Shown here one piece after another: positions 38,339 to 49,729 of a stretch of 64,000 nt of DNA. This stretch comes from Cyanophora paradoxa CCMP329 (Eukaryota; Plantae; Glaucophyta): NCBI GenBank assembly GCA_004431415.1, contig QPMI01000638.1:62001-126000 (forward strand), in the 5' to 3' direction. The first letter of the stretch is position 1; every line of letters begins with the position of its first letter. The position numbers and the translations under genes are program-made. The notes under the pieces were generated by a model that did no database searches, had not been told where the DNA came from, and worked only from the letters and a program-made list of their open reading frames with translations.

Positions 38339-40183
38339 ATGTCGGGCTGGACTGGTGACATAACCGCACCAACGAAGCAGGCGCCCGCGACCTCCATCGA
38401 CTTCCCGCGAAAACCGATGTGCGTACCCCCTTCGTGTAATCCGGCGAGCGGTAGCGAGCTGTCCGGCGAGCGGTATAGATAGAAAACGTAGCGCAGCTTC
38501 CTCTCTCTTACCAGCCCGGCCAACCACGCTGGTCTTGTGCTAGCCTGGAGACTATAGACCGTAGATTGCAGTAGCGATAAGAGACCAAGGTGTAGCACAA
38601 GAGTGCTTGCAGCTGTGCGCGAGCTTTAGCGAGCTATTGAGCTCCTGATGTCCACTAATCGACGGCTGAGGATGCGTCAGCGCTGCGCCTGACAGCGGAG
38701 ATGCCGCCCGATATGGCTCAGAACAATGGGCCGTCGTGGTCAGCCGACAATGCTTCCATAGGGAAGCTGAAGGTCGAAGGTCGGCCTTACCAGTATCTAG
38801 CACGCATTGCGCAAATGCTTGTGCGCAGTTTGCGGGGCGCGCGAGCTGAAGAAACCAGCGCTTAGCGGTACAACACCCCGCCCCGCGCTAGACCTGTACA
38901 TGCCGGACCCTGCAGGCCTGCGCATGCGGCCTGGCAGGGGCTGGCCCGTGTTGACCCCCTCTCAGGCGTCAGCGAGATCTTCGTGCAGGTCTCAACCCCG
39001 GACGGCTTTCAGTTCCGAACACCTGCATGGAAGGAGAATGATGCAGGGGAGATCTCGTGGAACGAGGGCTTCTCTATTGAAGTCAAGGCGTCCTCAATAC
39101 AGCACTTCGAAGTTAGGGTTCTGAGTACGTCTATCAGGACGGCCGGGTGGGCAAACGTCTAACTAAAGTGACGTCTAACTTAATGACCTTGCAGGTAAAA
39201 GCTGGAACGGGGTTGTCCTGGTGCATTCTGTATAATCACTTAAACTTTTGAATTTTTTTTAAAAAATATTTTAACAACAGATTGGGCGCTGTATTGTCGA
39301 CTTTAGCAAGATGGTCACCGAAAAAAGGTGGTCGGTCGATTCGTGGCTGAGTCTGCGCTCTCGGGATTTCAAGCAGAGGTGATTTTTTTGCTGGTCTCTG
39401 CGCTCTCCAGATCGGGCCAGACCCCTCGCGAGCAGCGGCCAAGTGCGGCTGAAGGTGATGTACGAGAGGCACTCCCAGCAAGTGGCGGCCGAGCGTGAGC
39501 GGGACAGGGGGCGCCCGTCTGTGTGAGGCCTCCTTACCATGCTTCCCGCGGTGTGCGCGCGCTCGTGCTGATGGTATGCAGCGCGGACACTGACGGCAAC
39601 GGAGATGCGGACGGGGGCGGGGAGGGCAATAGTAGGAGGTGTTGCAGCTTTGTCATTGGCCCGCGTGTGGCCTCGACTGAGGGGAGGCCACAGGCGAAGG
39701 AAAGGGAAGCACAGGCAGGACGGAAGCGAGGAGCAGCTCCTGCCATATGGCGAGCGTAGGGTCAGCCGGCATTACGATGAGGAACGTTCCCCAATGCGGG
39801 GTGGCCGTGTCGAGGAGGAGCGGTCACCAATGCGCGGGCGGGCCACTGGGCCGGCTCCGCTAGAACGAAGCCCTGGACTCCCCCAGATGGTGAGACGCCA
39901 TCGCCCTTAGCTCTCATGGACGCACTCAGCGGCTCCACAGAACTCTCCATCCCCCCAACCGATTGGCAACGGACGCCTTCCGATGAAGCCCCGTGTCCTC
40001 CCCCCAATTGAGTCATCCAAATCTCTTCCCCCGGTGAGCTTCTCTGTTCGGGCGTGGCCTCACATCCTTACGGCTTTGAGCGCAGCTGTCTCCCTCCGCG
40101 GGAAGGTCGTTTGTCGACGTGGGGCCCCCTGCCCTTGCAGGCCGCCACACCCACGGTGGCCACAGCCCCTCCCCTATCCCTGA
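38339..40183 (+). CDS. C2-domain protein (largely missed by the ORF track)
   Basis: Splicing at GT-AG sites gives IGKLKVEVCGARELKKPALSGVSEIFVQVSTPDGFQFRTPAWKENDAGEISWNEGFSIEV...FEVRVLSKSWNGVVLIGRCIVDFSKM...DSWLSLR...GQVRLKVMYER, a complete C2 fold pattern. Both termini are approximate. Confidence 0.72.
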
Positions 40184-41415
40184 GCCGCCCGCTCGGGCCC
40201 CCTTCCAGCCTGCCCAGCTCAAGGGTGGTCTGCGTAACCCGGCAGCCCTCCCGGCCCTTTAGTGTATGGGCACTGGCACTGGCTAAACGTTGCGTGTGGT
40301 ATGCATAATGGAAACTCCGCAAATCCTCAATTCTTCGAAGCTCTCTAACTGATTGTGCGGCGACGTCAATCTAGAACGACATACTGTCAACGTTAGGGGT
40401 GGGGCTTGATCAAATTTCGGCTTCAGCCAAGTCCAAGCCTGGGCTTTCGAGCTCGAGTCCAAGCCAAGCCAGCAGCCGGAGGACCTGCCCAAGGCTTGCT
40501 GGGGCGAGGCCTGGCAAGGGCTTGAGAGGGGGGGGGGGGGGGGTTTACTGAAGTCCAGCGCTAGCCCCTTTTGCCGTGCGAAATTGCGGCTATAGCTACC
40601 GTGTAAGACTTCCCCCGCTGTGCCCCTTTCCCCCCGTGTAAGACTGTGCCGCTAAGACGCGTTACCCCCCCCCCCCCCCCCCCCGGGGCCCCCCCCTCCT
40701 TCCCCCCCTTCCCGGCCCAGACTTGCCAAGTTGCAATTGCGAGCCCTTTGGATCGGAATTCCGGATCCAAGTCCAAGCCATGCGGGGCAAGGGCTTGACT
40801 TAGTGAGCAGCGAGGCGGACTTCAAGGCTTAAGATTGAGGCCTTGGCTTAATTAAGGGTTTGATCATGACCACAAGCCCCATGCCACCCTGGGCCCCGCG
40901 GCCCTATATATATAGCTAGCTATATATAGTCAATGTTCAACGGTTGACGGCCTGAGAGATGAACTTAAGCTTCGAATTCCGAATTCGAAGTTCGGAAATC
41001 TGACTCAGTGAGATAGCAACTATCAAGCTATAGATATATATATATATATACGCGATAGCTGAGAGTTGGAGAAAGAGCACTAGTGCACGTGGCCATGGTG
41101 CCTCGCCGCCGAGTCGCCGGGCCGGGGGGGCCGGGCATGCGCAGCTAGCGCGCGCTCGCCGATATCGATCCGGCCGCGGGCCGAGTTGCCGGCCTGCAGC
41201 TGACGCAGCGCGGCGCTAGCGCCCCTACCGTACCCCCACCGGTACCCCAGCGCAGCCGCCGCGGCGGCGCAGCCTAAGAACCGCAGAACTCGAGCTTGGA
41301 GACCGCTGCAGCAGCAATTACAGCCGAGCTTTGTGCATCTCAGTGGGCGGTGTCGCAGTGCGTGACTGAGCGTCGACTAGCGGCCGCGCGAGCGGCCGCG
41401 GCATCTGCGGCTCAT

Positions 41416-43250
41416 ATGCAATCTCTCCTCGAGCTCTGCATAGCTGCTGCGGCGGATGGGATCGATCGCCGGTGTGTGTGGAGCCGCCTGCATACTCTGC
41501 CCGAGGTGCACTCGCGCCCCTCATATGCACAGCGAGCCGCACTCCTTGGCGCCCTTATAGCACCGAGAGAATGATGCGTACCTGCAGGAGCTAAAGGATG
41601 CGGTGTTTGAGCTGGTTAAGAGCAAGGGCAAGCTGAGCGACTCGAACATCTTCCTCTTCTGCGGCACTGGGCGCCGGGCGCTCAATCTCAAGGGCTGTGG
41701 AAACCTCAGACGATCTCAGCTGTCACAGGTTCGATCGTCCGCTCGCGCACTCGTTCCCGCTGCGGAGTCGCGACAGTCCCGCGTTCGTGCAGATCGCGTA
41801 CAGGTGCCCCAACCTGAAGTCGGTGCACATGTGTACTGGAGACATTGAAAGCGCGCAATCTTACGATCCTGTGCAGATCAACTTCGAGGACTGCCCCCAG
41901 ATCACGAACGGGATCGTCCAGCAGATCATTCAGTCGTGCCCAAACCTTAAGAGGTGCGCCTACGCGGCTCGGTGACCTTGTGCAGCGCTCTGACTCATGT
42001 CGCAAGCCTCAAGCTTGCCGGGTGTAACCGCGTGACCGACGCGGCATTTCAGCAAGTGCCGTTCCAGGTGATGAACGGCTGCCTGCGGCTTCAGACCGTC
42101 AATCTCTCCCGCTGCAGGTGAGCCTCTCTTCTCTCTTTGATACGATGATGCGCAACTGCAGAGCTCTTATACCGCGCTTTTGTCCAAAGTCAAATTACAG
42201 ACGTGGTCGTTGAGCACCTCGTCAAGTTCTGTCCAGAGCTGAAGCGGCTGTTTCTCGCGAACTGCAAGAACATTACAGACGCATCTGTACAACTCATCAC
42301 TTCTTGCTGCCGCGATCTCCAGGTACGGGCCTTCCGTCTTGATTCCTCCTGTCAAGCTTGACCCCTGTCACTCTGACATTGTTCAAAACAGCGGCTGGAC
42401 CTGTCTTTCTGCGACAAGATTACGGACGCCGGATTCACTGAGCTTGCAAGAGGCTGCCCGTCCCTTGCGAACCTTCATGCGAAACGCTGCCGCATTGGGG
42501 ATGCTACACTTCTGTCCATTGCTGCTGGCTGCCCCAATTTGGCATCACTGTCAGTTCGGTGGTGCCTTAACGTTACAACTGCTGGAGTGACAGTTTTGGC
42601 GGAACAGTGCCCGAAGATCGCGGATCTTGACCTCAGCAGCACGGATATCGGTGACAAGGCCCTTGCTTCGCTTGCACCCTTGCCCCTGAAGCACCTTGAT
42701 GTTTCATGGGACCCGACTCTTACTGACCATGGCGTGCTGGCTTTGCTCTCCAAGTGCACAACCCTGGAGTCTCTTGATTTATCCTTTTGCGAGAGCATAT
42801 CGGATGCCAGCGTTATGACACTCTGCCAGCGCTGCCCAAGGCTGTGGAGCTTGAAGCTGGTCAAGTGTGGTAGGATTACCGATGAATCGCTTCACAGCAT
42901 GGGCCAGTTTCTGAACCGAAGGCTGCGTGTGCTCAACCTCCGGTGGTGTCACCGTTTGACATCCAATGTCAGCACCCCCTGCAACCTTTTCTCACAAGCA
43001 CCCTCAGTGATCATCTGACTCTGTATCTCAGGGCGTTTCCAGACTCTTGCAATCTTGTAGTCAGCTAGAAACAGTCAGCCTGACCGAGTGCAACCACATT
43101 GTCAGTGGACCTTGGGTGAAGCCATTTGTGGAAATATCTCGCTGTGGGTGGGCACACAATAATTCTCTTTTTCTTGTTTCTCTGCTAATTTGGCTTCCTC
43201 AGGTATTGCCATCCTGTAGAAAGCTCAAGCGAAGGCCAAACAGGCCCTAG
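41416..43250 (+). CDS. Cysteine-containing LRR protein (AMN1/FBXL-like)
   Basis: N-terminal MQSLLELC (BC-box-like), then >12 LRR_CC repeats (LESLDLSFCESISDASV, LKRLFLANCKNITDASV, LRVLNLRWCHRLT). Confidence 0.8.
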
Positions 43251-43459
43251 CGACAACAATTTATGAGCAACGACATTTCGCATTCCCTTTTCCCCGGGCC
43301 CCTTTCTTTGCTTTCGTTTTTTTTTTTGAGAGCAGGGGTTGATTGGCTTTGAGAAGAATATATGGGCGTAGTGTACAGGGGATGAGCATTTGGACGCGAA
43401 CTGAATCGCAACATCCGAGGCAGGAGTCCCAGGGGACGAGGCAAGGAGGGAAATCCGGT

Positions 43460-45465
43460 CTAGTTGTAAACCTGCACGTCCATTTGAGATGCAATACACG
43501 CTGGAGATGCAAGTCAGCAGCGCAGACCATGTACTTGGGGGTCGCGCTGAATTTCGCGTAGGCCTTGATGACCTTGTTGATTGCCTCGAGAAAGTCCTTC
43601 TCAGACACAGTCTGTGTGCAGAAACTGAGCGTGTGCTGCAAATGTGCTTCCGTTGCTACTGACCTTTTTCCGAGCTCTGATAGCAAACATTCCTGCCTCT
43701 GTGCACACACTACGGATATCCGCTCCTTGACGTGTCGATGTCAGCCGACCCATTACAGCACAGGGGTACATGATGCACCTGTTGCGTTGGGGCACAACCG
43801 CGCGAGAAGCTCATAGCGGATGTTGCGCTCACAGTTCATCGTTCTGGTGTGAATTTTGAAGATTCCCGTCCGTCCCTACAGATAACGTCAAAACAACGCA
43901 ATTGACAAGGGAGCCACCAAGGTACCTCCAAGTCAGGAAGCCCGAACTCGACCTTCCTGTCCAGACGCCCTGGCCTCAACAGGGCCGGATCTAACGTATC
44001 TGGCCTGCGCGGGAATTTGAAACCAATCGCTGAGCAGCAAAACTGCTCCACACGAACCTGTTGGTCGCCATGAGCACTTTCACGTTTCCACGAGCGTCGA
44101 ATCCATCTAGCTGGTTGACAATCTCGAGCATTGTTCGCTGGACCTCGTTGTCGCCTCCAGCGCCATCGTCAAAGCGAGCACCTGAAGATCGAGGGCGCGG
44201 AAACGATGAAAAAGAGATCAAGCAGTGGGAACTGGAAGCGAACCGCCGATGGCATCGACCTCATCGAAGAAAACTATACACGCTTTCTTCGACCGCGCCA
44301 TTTGGAACAGCTCGCGCACCATTCTCGCACCCTCGCCGACGTATCTTTTTGCGAGCATAAGAAAACGGAGCAGTCGAAAGCTGGGCTGCACGCACTTTTG
44401 AACCAGTTCACTTCCGATGACACGAATGAAGCACGCGTCCGTCCGATTGGCCACGGCACGGGCGATCAACGTCTTGCCTGTTCCGGGAGGACCGTAAAGT
44501 AGGACGCCCTTTGGGGGGTCAATTCCAAGGGCAACGAAGCGCTCGGGCTGAAACTCCGGTCAGCATAACAGGTACGCGAGCGAGGGCCCCGCGCACGTGA
44601 AGGAGAGGAAGCTCCACAACTTCACGCAGCTTCTCGATTTGCTCCTTCTGACCGCCGACGTCGTTGTATGTCACATCGGGTTTCTCTTCGACGGTCATCA
44701 TTGTCACAGTAGGATCGATTTTGGGCGGCAGCGGGATCTGGATCTGGTATTTGTTCCGGTCCACGCTGCAATACAAGGTCAGCGAAACAGCAGCATGCCG
44801 CGTGCGGTCTGAAGTGAGGTGTGGTCTTGCGGACCCGACCCGCATGCCCTCCTCGACATCGCTGGGAGCCACGCGCTCGCCGAGAGCGACCACGAACTTC
44901 GCAATCTGCTTTACATTAATGACGTATTTCGCCTCCTCGGTCCCGGGGCTGATGATCTTGGTGCAGCGCGCCACCTGTGCCCCGTAGAGTGAATTAAGCG
45001 CCGAGGCACGGGGCTTCATGTTAGGGCGCCTGCAGCGGCTGCTCTTCCTGCATCATCTGCTTGTCCGCAACCAAATCCCACTGACTGGGAGCGCACAGGC
45101 CGGTGTCAGACTCCTTGATGCCTGCGGGTCCCATTTCGCGGAGCGCATCGCGTGCGCGGTACATGCACGTGTACGCACCACACATTTCATTCACATGCTT
45201 CGAAATCTTCTTGATGTCAGCCTCGACGGTCTTGATGAGCTTCGCATACGGACCGCTCCCCTGCGCAGCGTGAGAGCGGTTCGCAGGGATTTCACCGCTT
45301 ATGCTCACGTATGTCTTCAGGAGGGCAATGTCATCTGAAATGGCAGCGCGCGGTCAGGCTGCACGTCGGCGCGTAGAACCACAGGCAGGCCTCACCGTCG
45401 TCGAGGGGCTTGATGTTGTCCTCATTCTTCTCGAGGTCCTCGAGCTTCTCCTTCGCAGACCCCAT
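43460..45465 (-). CDS. PSMC2: 26S proteasome regulatory ATPase subunit 7 (RPT1)
   Basis: [50 protein letters not shown], Walker [20 protein letters not shown]-terminal [11 protein letters not shown]. Confidence 0.97.
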
Positions 45466-45665
45466 CACGCCCGTCTGAAGTCGACCTTTTTCTCGGCAGC
45501 TGGGGTACAGTTGTCCCACGCGCGTCCCAGCGGGTCGCGCGAGCACAAGCAAGTTTCAGAACGTCGCGCGAGCACAGCGCGCTCACACCAGGCAAGCTCC
45601 CCGCTAGTTTTCACTCCGAAATCGACGTGCTGTTTTTGAAGTGCATCCGCCGCGCAGCGCCTTCA

Positions 45666-47314
45666 ATGGAGGACTACGAGCCCAAGGTTGTGCTGTGCGT
45701 GGTTTCTGTTTTGCTAACTTCTCGCCTCGCCGCGCGCCGTTGGCGGTAACCGCAACCCGGGTAACTCAAACGACTTCGCGCAGCATCACGGGCGGCGCCG
45801 GCTTCATCGGCTCGCATGTCGTGATGCGCCTCGTGAACAAGTATCCGGATGTCCGCGTCATCAACTTCGACAAGCTGGATTACTGCTCGTGCCTCAAGAA
45901 CCTGGACAGCATCAAGGACAAGCCGAACTACATGTTTGTTAAGGTTCGCCAGCGCTTTCAGCGGCTCTCCTGCTTCGGCACTCACGATAACCGCGCAGGG
46001 CGACATCTGCAACCTGGAGTTCGTCCGTTTCATTCTCGAGTCCGAGAAGGTCGACACGATCATGCACTTCGCGGCTCAGACCCATGTTGGTATGTACCAT
46101 GCTTCTATGATCGCGCGTCCGCAACAGCTCATGGCAGCACAGACAACTCTTTTGGCAACTCCATCATCTTTTCGGAGACGAACGTCCTCGGCACCCACGT
46201 GCTGCTGGAGGCCTCCCGCGAGCTGAAGAAGCAGATCCGCCGCTTCATCCATGTCAGCTCGGACGAAGTGTACGGCGAGATCAGCGAGCATCTTGTGCGA
46301 GGCCCCCCCCCCCCCCCCCCCCCCGCCCCCCAAGCCCCATTGCCCACCCCACCCCCACCCTCACCCTTCAATGCAAATCTGCCGGCTTATTCTGCTCACA
46401 GCCTTCCGTCGATGAGACTGCGCCATTCGTCCCAACGCAGCCGTACTCTGCTACCAAGGCTGCCGCTGAGCTTGTCGTCCAGGTTCTCGCCTTTCTATTT
46501 TGCAGACCAGCTCAAGTCTCTGAACCCGAAAACAGGCCTATCAGAAATCATTCAACCTTCCCATCATCGTCACCCGTGGTAACAATGTCTACGGCCCACA
46601 CCAGTACCCGGAGAAGGTGTGCCACACTGCAAAATTCTTGTTCACCCTCGCGATGGACCTTGAGCAGAGTCTTCTTGCAGGTCGTGCCGAAGTTCATCAA
46701 CTTGATCATGCGCGGCAGGAAGATGTGTGTGCACGGCGATGGCCGCAGCGTCCGCAGCTTCCTCTACGCCGATGATGTTGCCGACGCCTTTGAGATCATT
46801 CTTTTCAAGGGCAAGACTGGTACGTGACATGTATGGATTGTACGCCATACTCCCGGTGATCTCGAAGGCAGGCGAGGTCTACAACATCGGCACAGACTTC
46901 GAGATGAACATGCTTCAGCTCGCCAAAGAGCTCCTTAAGATTTTCGGCTTCCAAGAGAAGGAATCCGGTGCGCTCAATCAAGTCTCTGCAGACGATCCCG
47001 CAAACCCCTCGGCGTTCACTTTACACTGCTTCAGAGATGCTAGAGTTTGTCGAGGATCGCGCTTTCAACGATTGCCGTTACGCCATTGTGTCCACCAAGC
47101 TGCACAACCTGGGTTGGAAGCCAAAGACTTCCTTTGAAGATGGCATTCGAATGACTGGTGCAGTTCTTTCCGTTGCCCTTGGGGAACTTGATGATCACAC
47201 TAAGTCTTGTTTGCAGTCGAGTGGTACAAGAACAACTTCAAGAACTGGGGCAATGTGGAGGCTGCATTGACTCCGCATCCACGTGCTCATCTGGGCCCTG
47301 TTGCCTCATCATAA
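45666..47314 (+). CDS. dTDP/UDP-glucose 4,6-dehydratase (RmlB/RHM N-terminal-like)
   Basis: ITGGAGFIGSH, DKLDYC, HFAAQTHVDNSFGNS, FIHVSSDEVYGE, PYSATKAAAE, RGNNVYGPHQYPEK, DRAFNDCRY. Confidence 0.93.
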
Positions 47315-47759
47315 TGACCCATCTATCGCAAAGTGTCAGTGATCCTCGTGTTCGGTCAACTGTATTTGTCTGACATGTTGCGTCTGTCAGATTTTCCAAA
47401 AAGGATCCCCAGCGCTTGATCTTTGCTGTGGCTGCTCCCCGAAGGCTGCTCTTGCTAGATCAAGTTGGTTGCTTTGCTTGACTGGACGCGAGTAAAATAT
47501 ACCAAACAACACTTGCATTTCTGCTCTGCTACTCTCCAATTCTTGCTCTGAACTCACCGACTTCTGTGCATGGCGGGGATTGGTAAGATTTCGGTGTGGA
47601 CGCAGCTGCTGATGGCAGGACTCCTCTGCAACTCCTCCGTGACTAGTACTTGCCGCCAAGTCACTAATACCCCGTGCTGGGTTGACCTGACAGCTGAGGA
47701 GCTGTTTGCAGCCTTGTGTTATATATGTACATGTTTACGGTCCAACCACCAGTACCGAG

Positions 47760-49310
47760 GCGGTGAACTTGGGGTCCGACGGTCCACTCCAGTGTCAGAC
47801 TTCCAAGGGCTCTAGTAGCCCCTCTCACTCGTTTCTTGCCGCGGTCAGCAATAGTAGCTCCCGCATGGCCTTTTCCTTTTGCCTTAGAACTTCGGAAGGC
47901 AACACCACACCATTCTACCTTCCTCGAGTGCCCTTGACAAAGCAAACTGTCTAGATCTTTCTGTCAGTTGCTCTAGACAGGCTGCGAAGGAAGTATGACG
48001 TCGACGCCGTGACGGCTGACAGAGCGCCAGTCCTTCAGTGTTTACGCCACGGGCTCATGAACCAGTGGTGGGTAAGGGGGGACTGGGCGGGGTGGGGACG
48101 GGGGTGGCTGGAGGCGGAGGGAGGCGGAGGGGGGGCTTGGTGCCCTGAGGCGTGCCGGCATAATCCTGCCAGAGTCGGCGGCTCCAATGGGGGCCGACGG
48201 CGTGCGCATCAAGCTTCCCCTTTCTCCCTCTCAACTCAGCCCTTCTACCTCACCCTCTCGCCCTTCATTGCCAAAGCTAGCCCTAGTTATAGATGATAGT
48301 ATAACTAGGCCGTTTGTGTAAGTCGTTAGGTATTCAGTATAAGTAGCACAACCTCGCAACCAATCGTAGACAGAGCACAGCACTCGACGGTCCCCAGTGT
48401 TATTTAGTCGGAGAGATAAGCTGAGCGATGTGAAACTCCTTGTAGTTGTTGTTGTGTGCTAATGCAAATCCGACCCCCACGTCAGACTTCCAAGGGCTTT
48501 GGCCCAGTGGGGTGGCCTCCTACATTCAACGGTTACTGCAGCTGGGCCTGGGGCTCACTTGCCGTGACTGTCACTGAGGTTCACTCTCACGGTCTTTTGT
48601 ACACTGTCCGAGGCGATGACACTTCACTGGTGTATCGCTCGCGCGAGGTTCTCATGCACGTTGATCTCATGATCGCTTTTCACGAGCGTCCTGCCAATGT
48701 TCTCGCTCCCCGCAAAGCCGGTCGCCCTCGCAAGGCCCCCGTGCCTGTGCCGCCCGATCATGAGGTCCCCGTGCCTCCGCCACCTGCCGTTGATCCCGAT
48801 TCACTTTCCGATGATGACACGACGGATGACGAGTCTTGAATCACAGCCCGTACTGCGGTTTACCGGATTCACTTCCGTTGTCGATGACGTGCCCTTCACT
48901 GGGATGTGGCTTGCGAGTTTCGGGAATTCTCTCTTGGCGCTGGGTCAGCGGCTGATCACTGCTGCCTGGTTTGCCCTCAACCAAATGCGCAGCTCTACAT
49001 CTCTTCTGATCCAGCCGCGTGGAAGCGTCTGTGAGGACCTGGAGAGCTGTTGCCGATAGGGTTTCCTAGCCGTTAGTGCTTCGTTTGCACTTCGTTCGCA
49101 GTAGTACCGTGACTTGACCCGCGGCTTCTCGCGATTTCCTGAGTCACTGTACCCCTGTACGAAGATGCGACCCTAGCTACTTTTTCTGACTCTAGCTTGG
49201 TACTTTCCGGTAGCCGTGTCCTAGGGTACACAGTAGTCTGTGATTAGCAGCTTTCTCTTGCAACGTGACAGCCTGCTCGCCTGCTGCTGGTACGCTACGG
49301 GAAGGTTGCT
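47760..49310 (+). mobile_element. Degenerate retroelement remnant (Ty3/gypsy integrase C-terminus-like ORF with AT-hook-like motif)
   Basis: The intronless ORF 48456-48839 reads ...VTEVHSHGLLYTVR...VLMHVDLMIAFHERP followed by RKAGRPRK, a Pro-rich stretch and an acidic tail. An 18-bp direct repeat lies at 47794 and 48481. No RT or integrase core is visible. Confidence 0.35.
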
Positions 49311-49729
49311 AAGGTCTACTGGGACGTATAAAACCTCATAAAACACGATATCGGATCGGTGTAACATCCGCCGCGCCGGGCCGATCTCAGAGTCTGTTTG
49401 AACCGTTCACGTTGAACTGCCAACGTACCATACATGATGCCCCGCAACCAAAATGCGTTCATGGTTTGATTTGAAGCTTCGAACTCAAGTTGAAACGCGA
49501 AATCGGGAAACAGCGTACAGCTAGCTCTGCACATGTAAACACAGCTGATCAATGAGGTAGACTGGGATGGGATACATGATTCGAATTCGGGCACTCGGCC
49601 AGGCGCTCTGGCGTCAATCCTAGGGTCGACTACAGCTGATGGACGAACATGAAGATGAGTTCTAAAAAGGAATCCGAAAAACCGATGCATCGCCGCGGGA
49701 GCGAGCGGAGGTGGGGAGGGGGCCGGGGG

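Noticed and set aside
39117-39200. Transposon terminal repeat (duplicated ACGTCTAACT)
   Set aside because: It is explained as an exon end plus intron of the C2-domain gene, and no matching inverted end was found.
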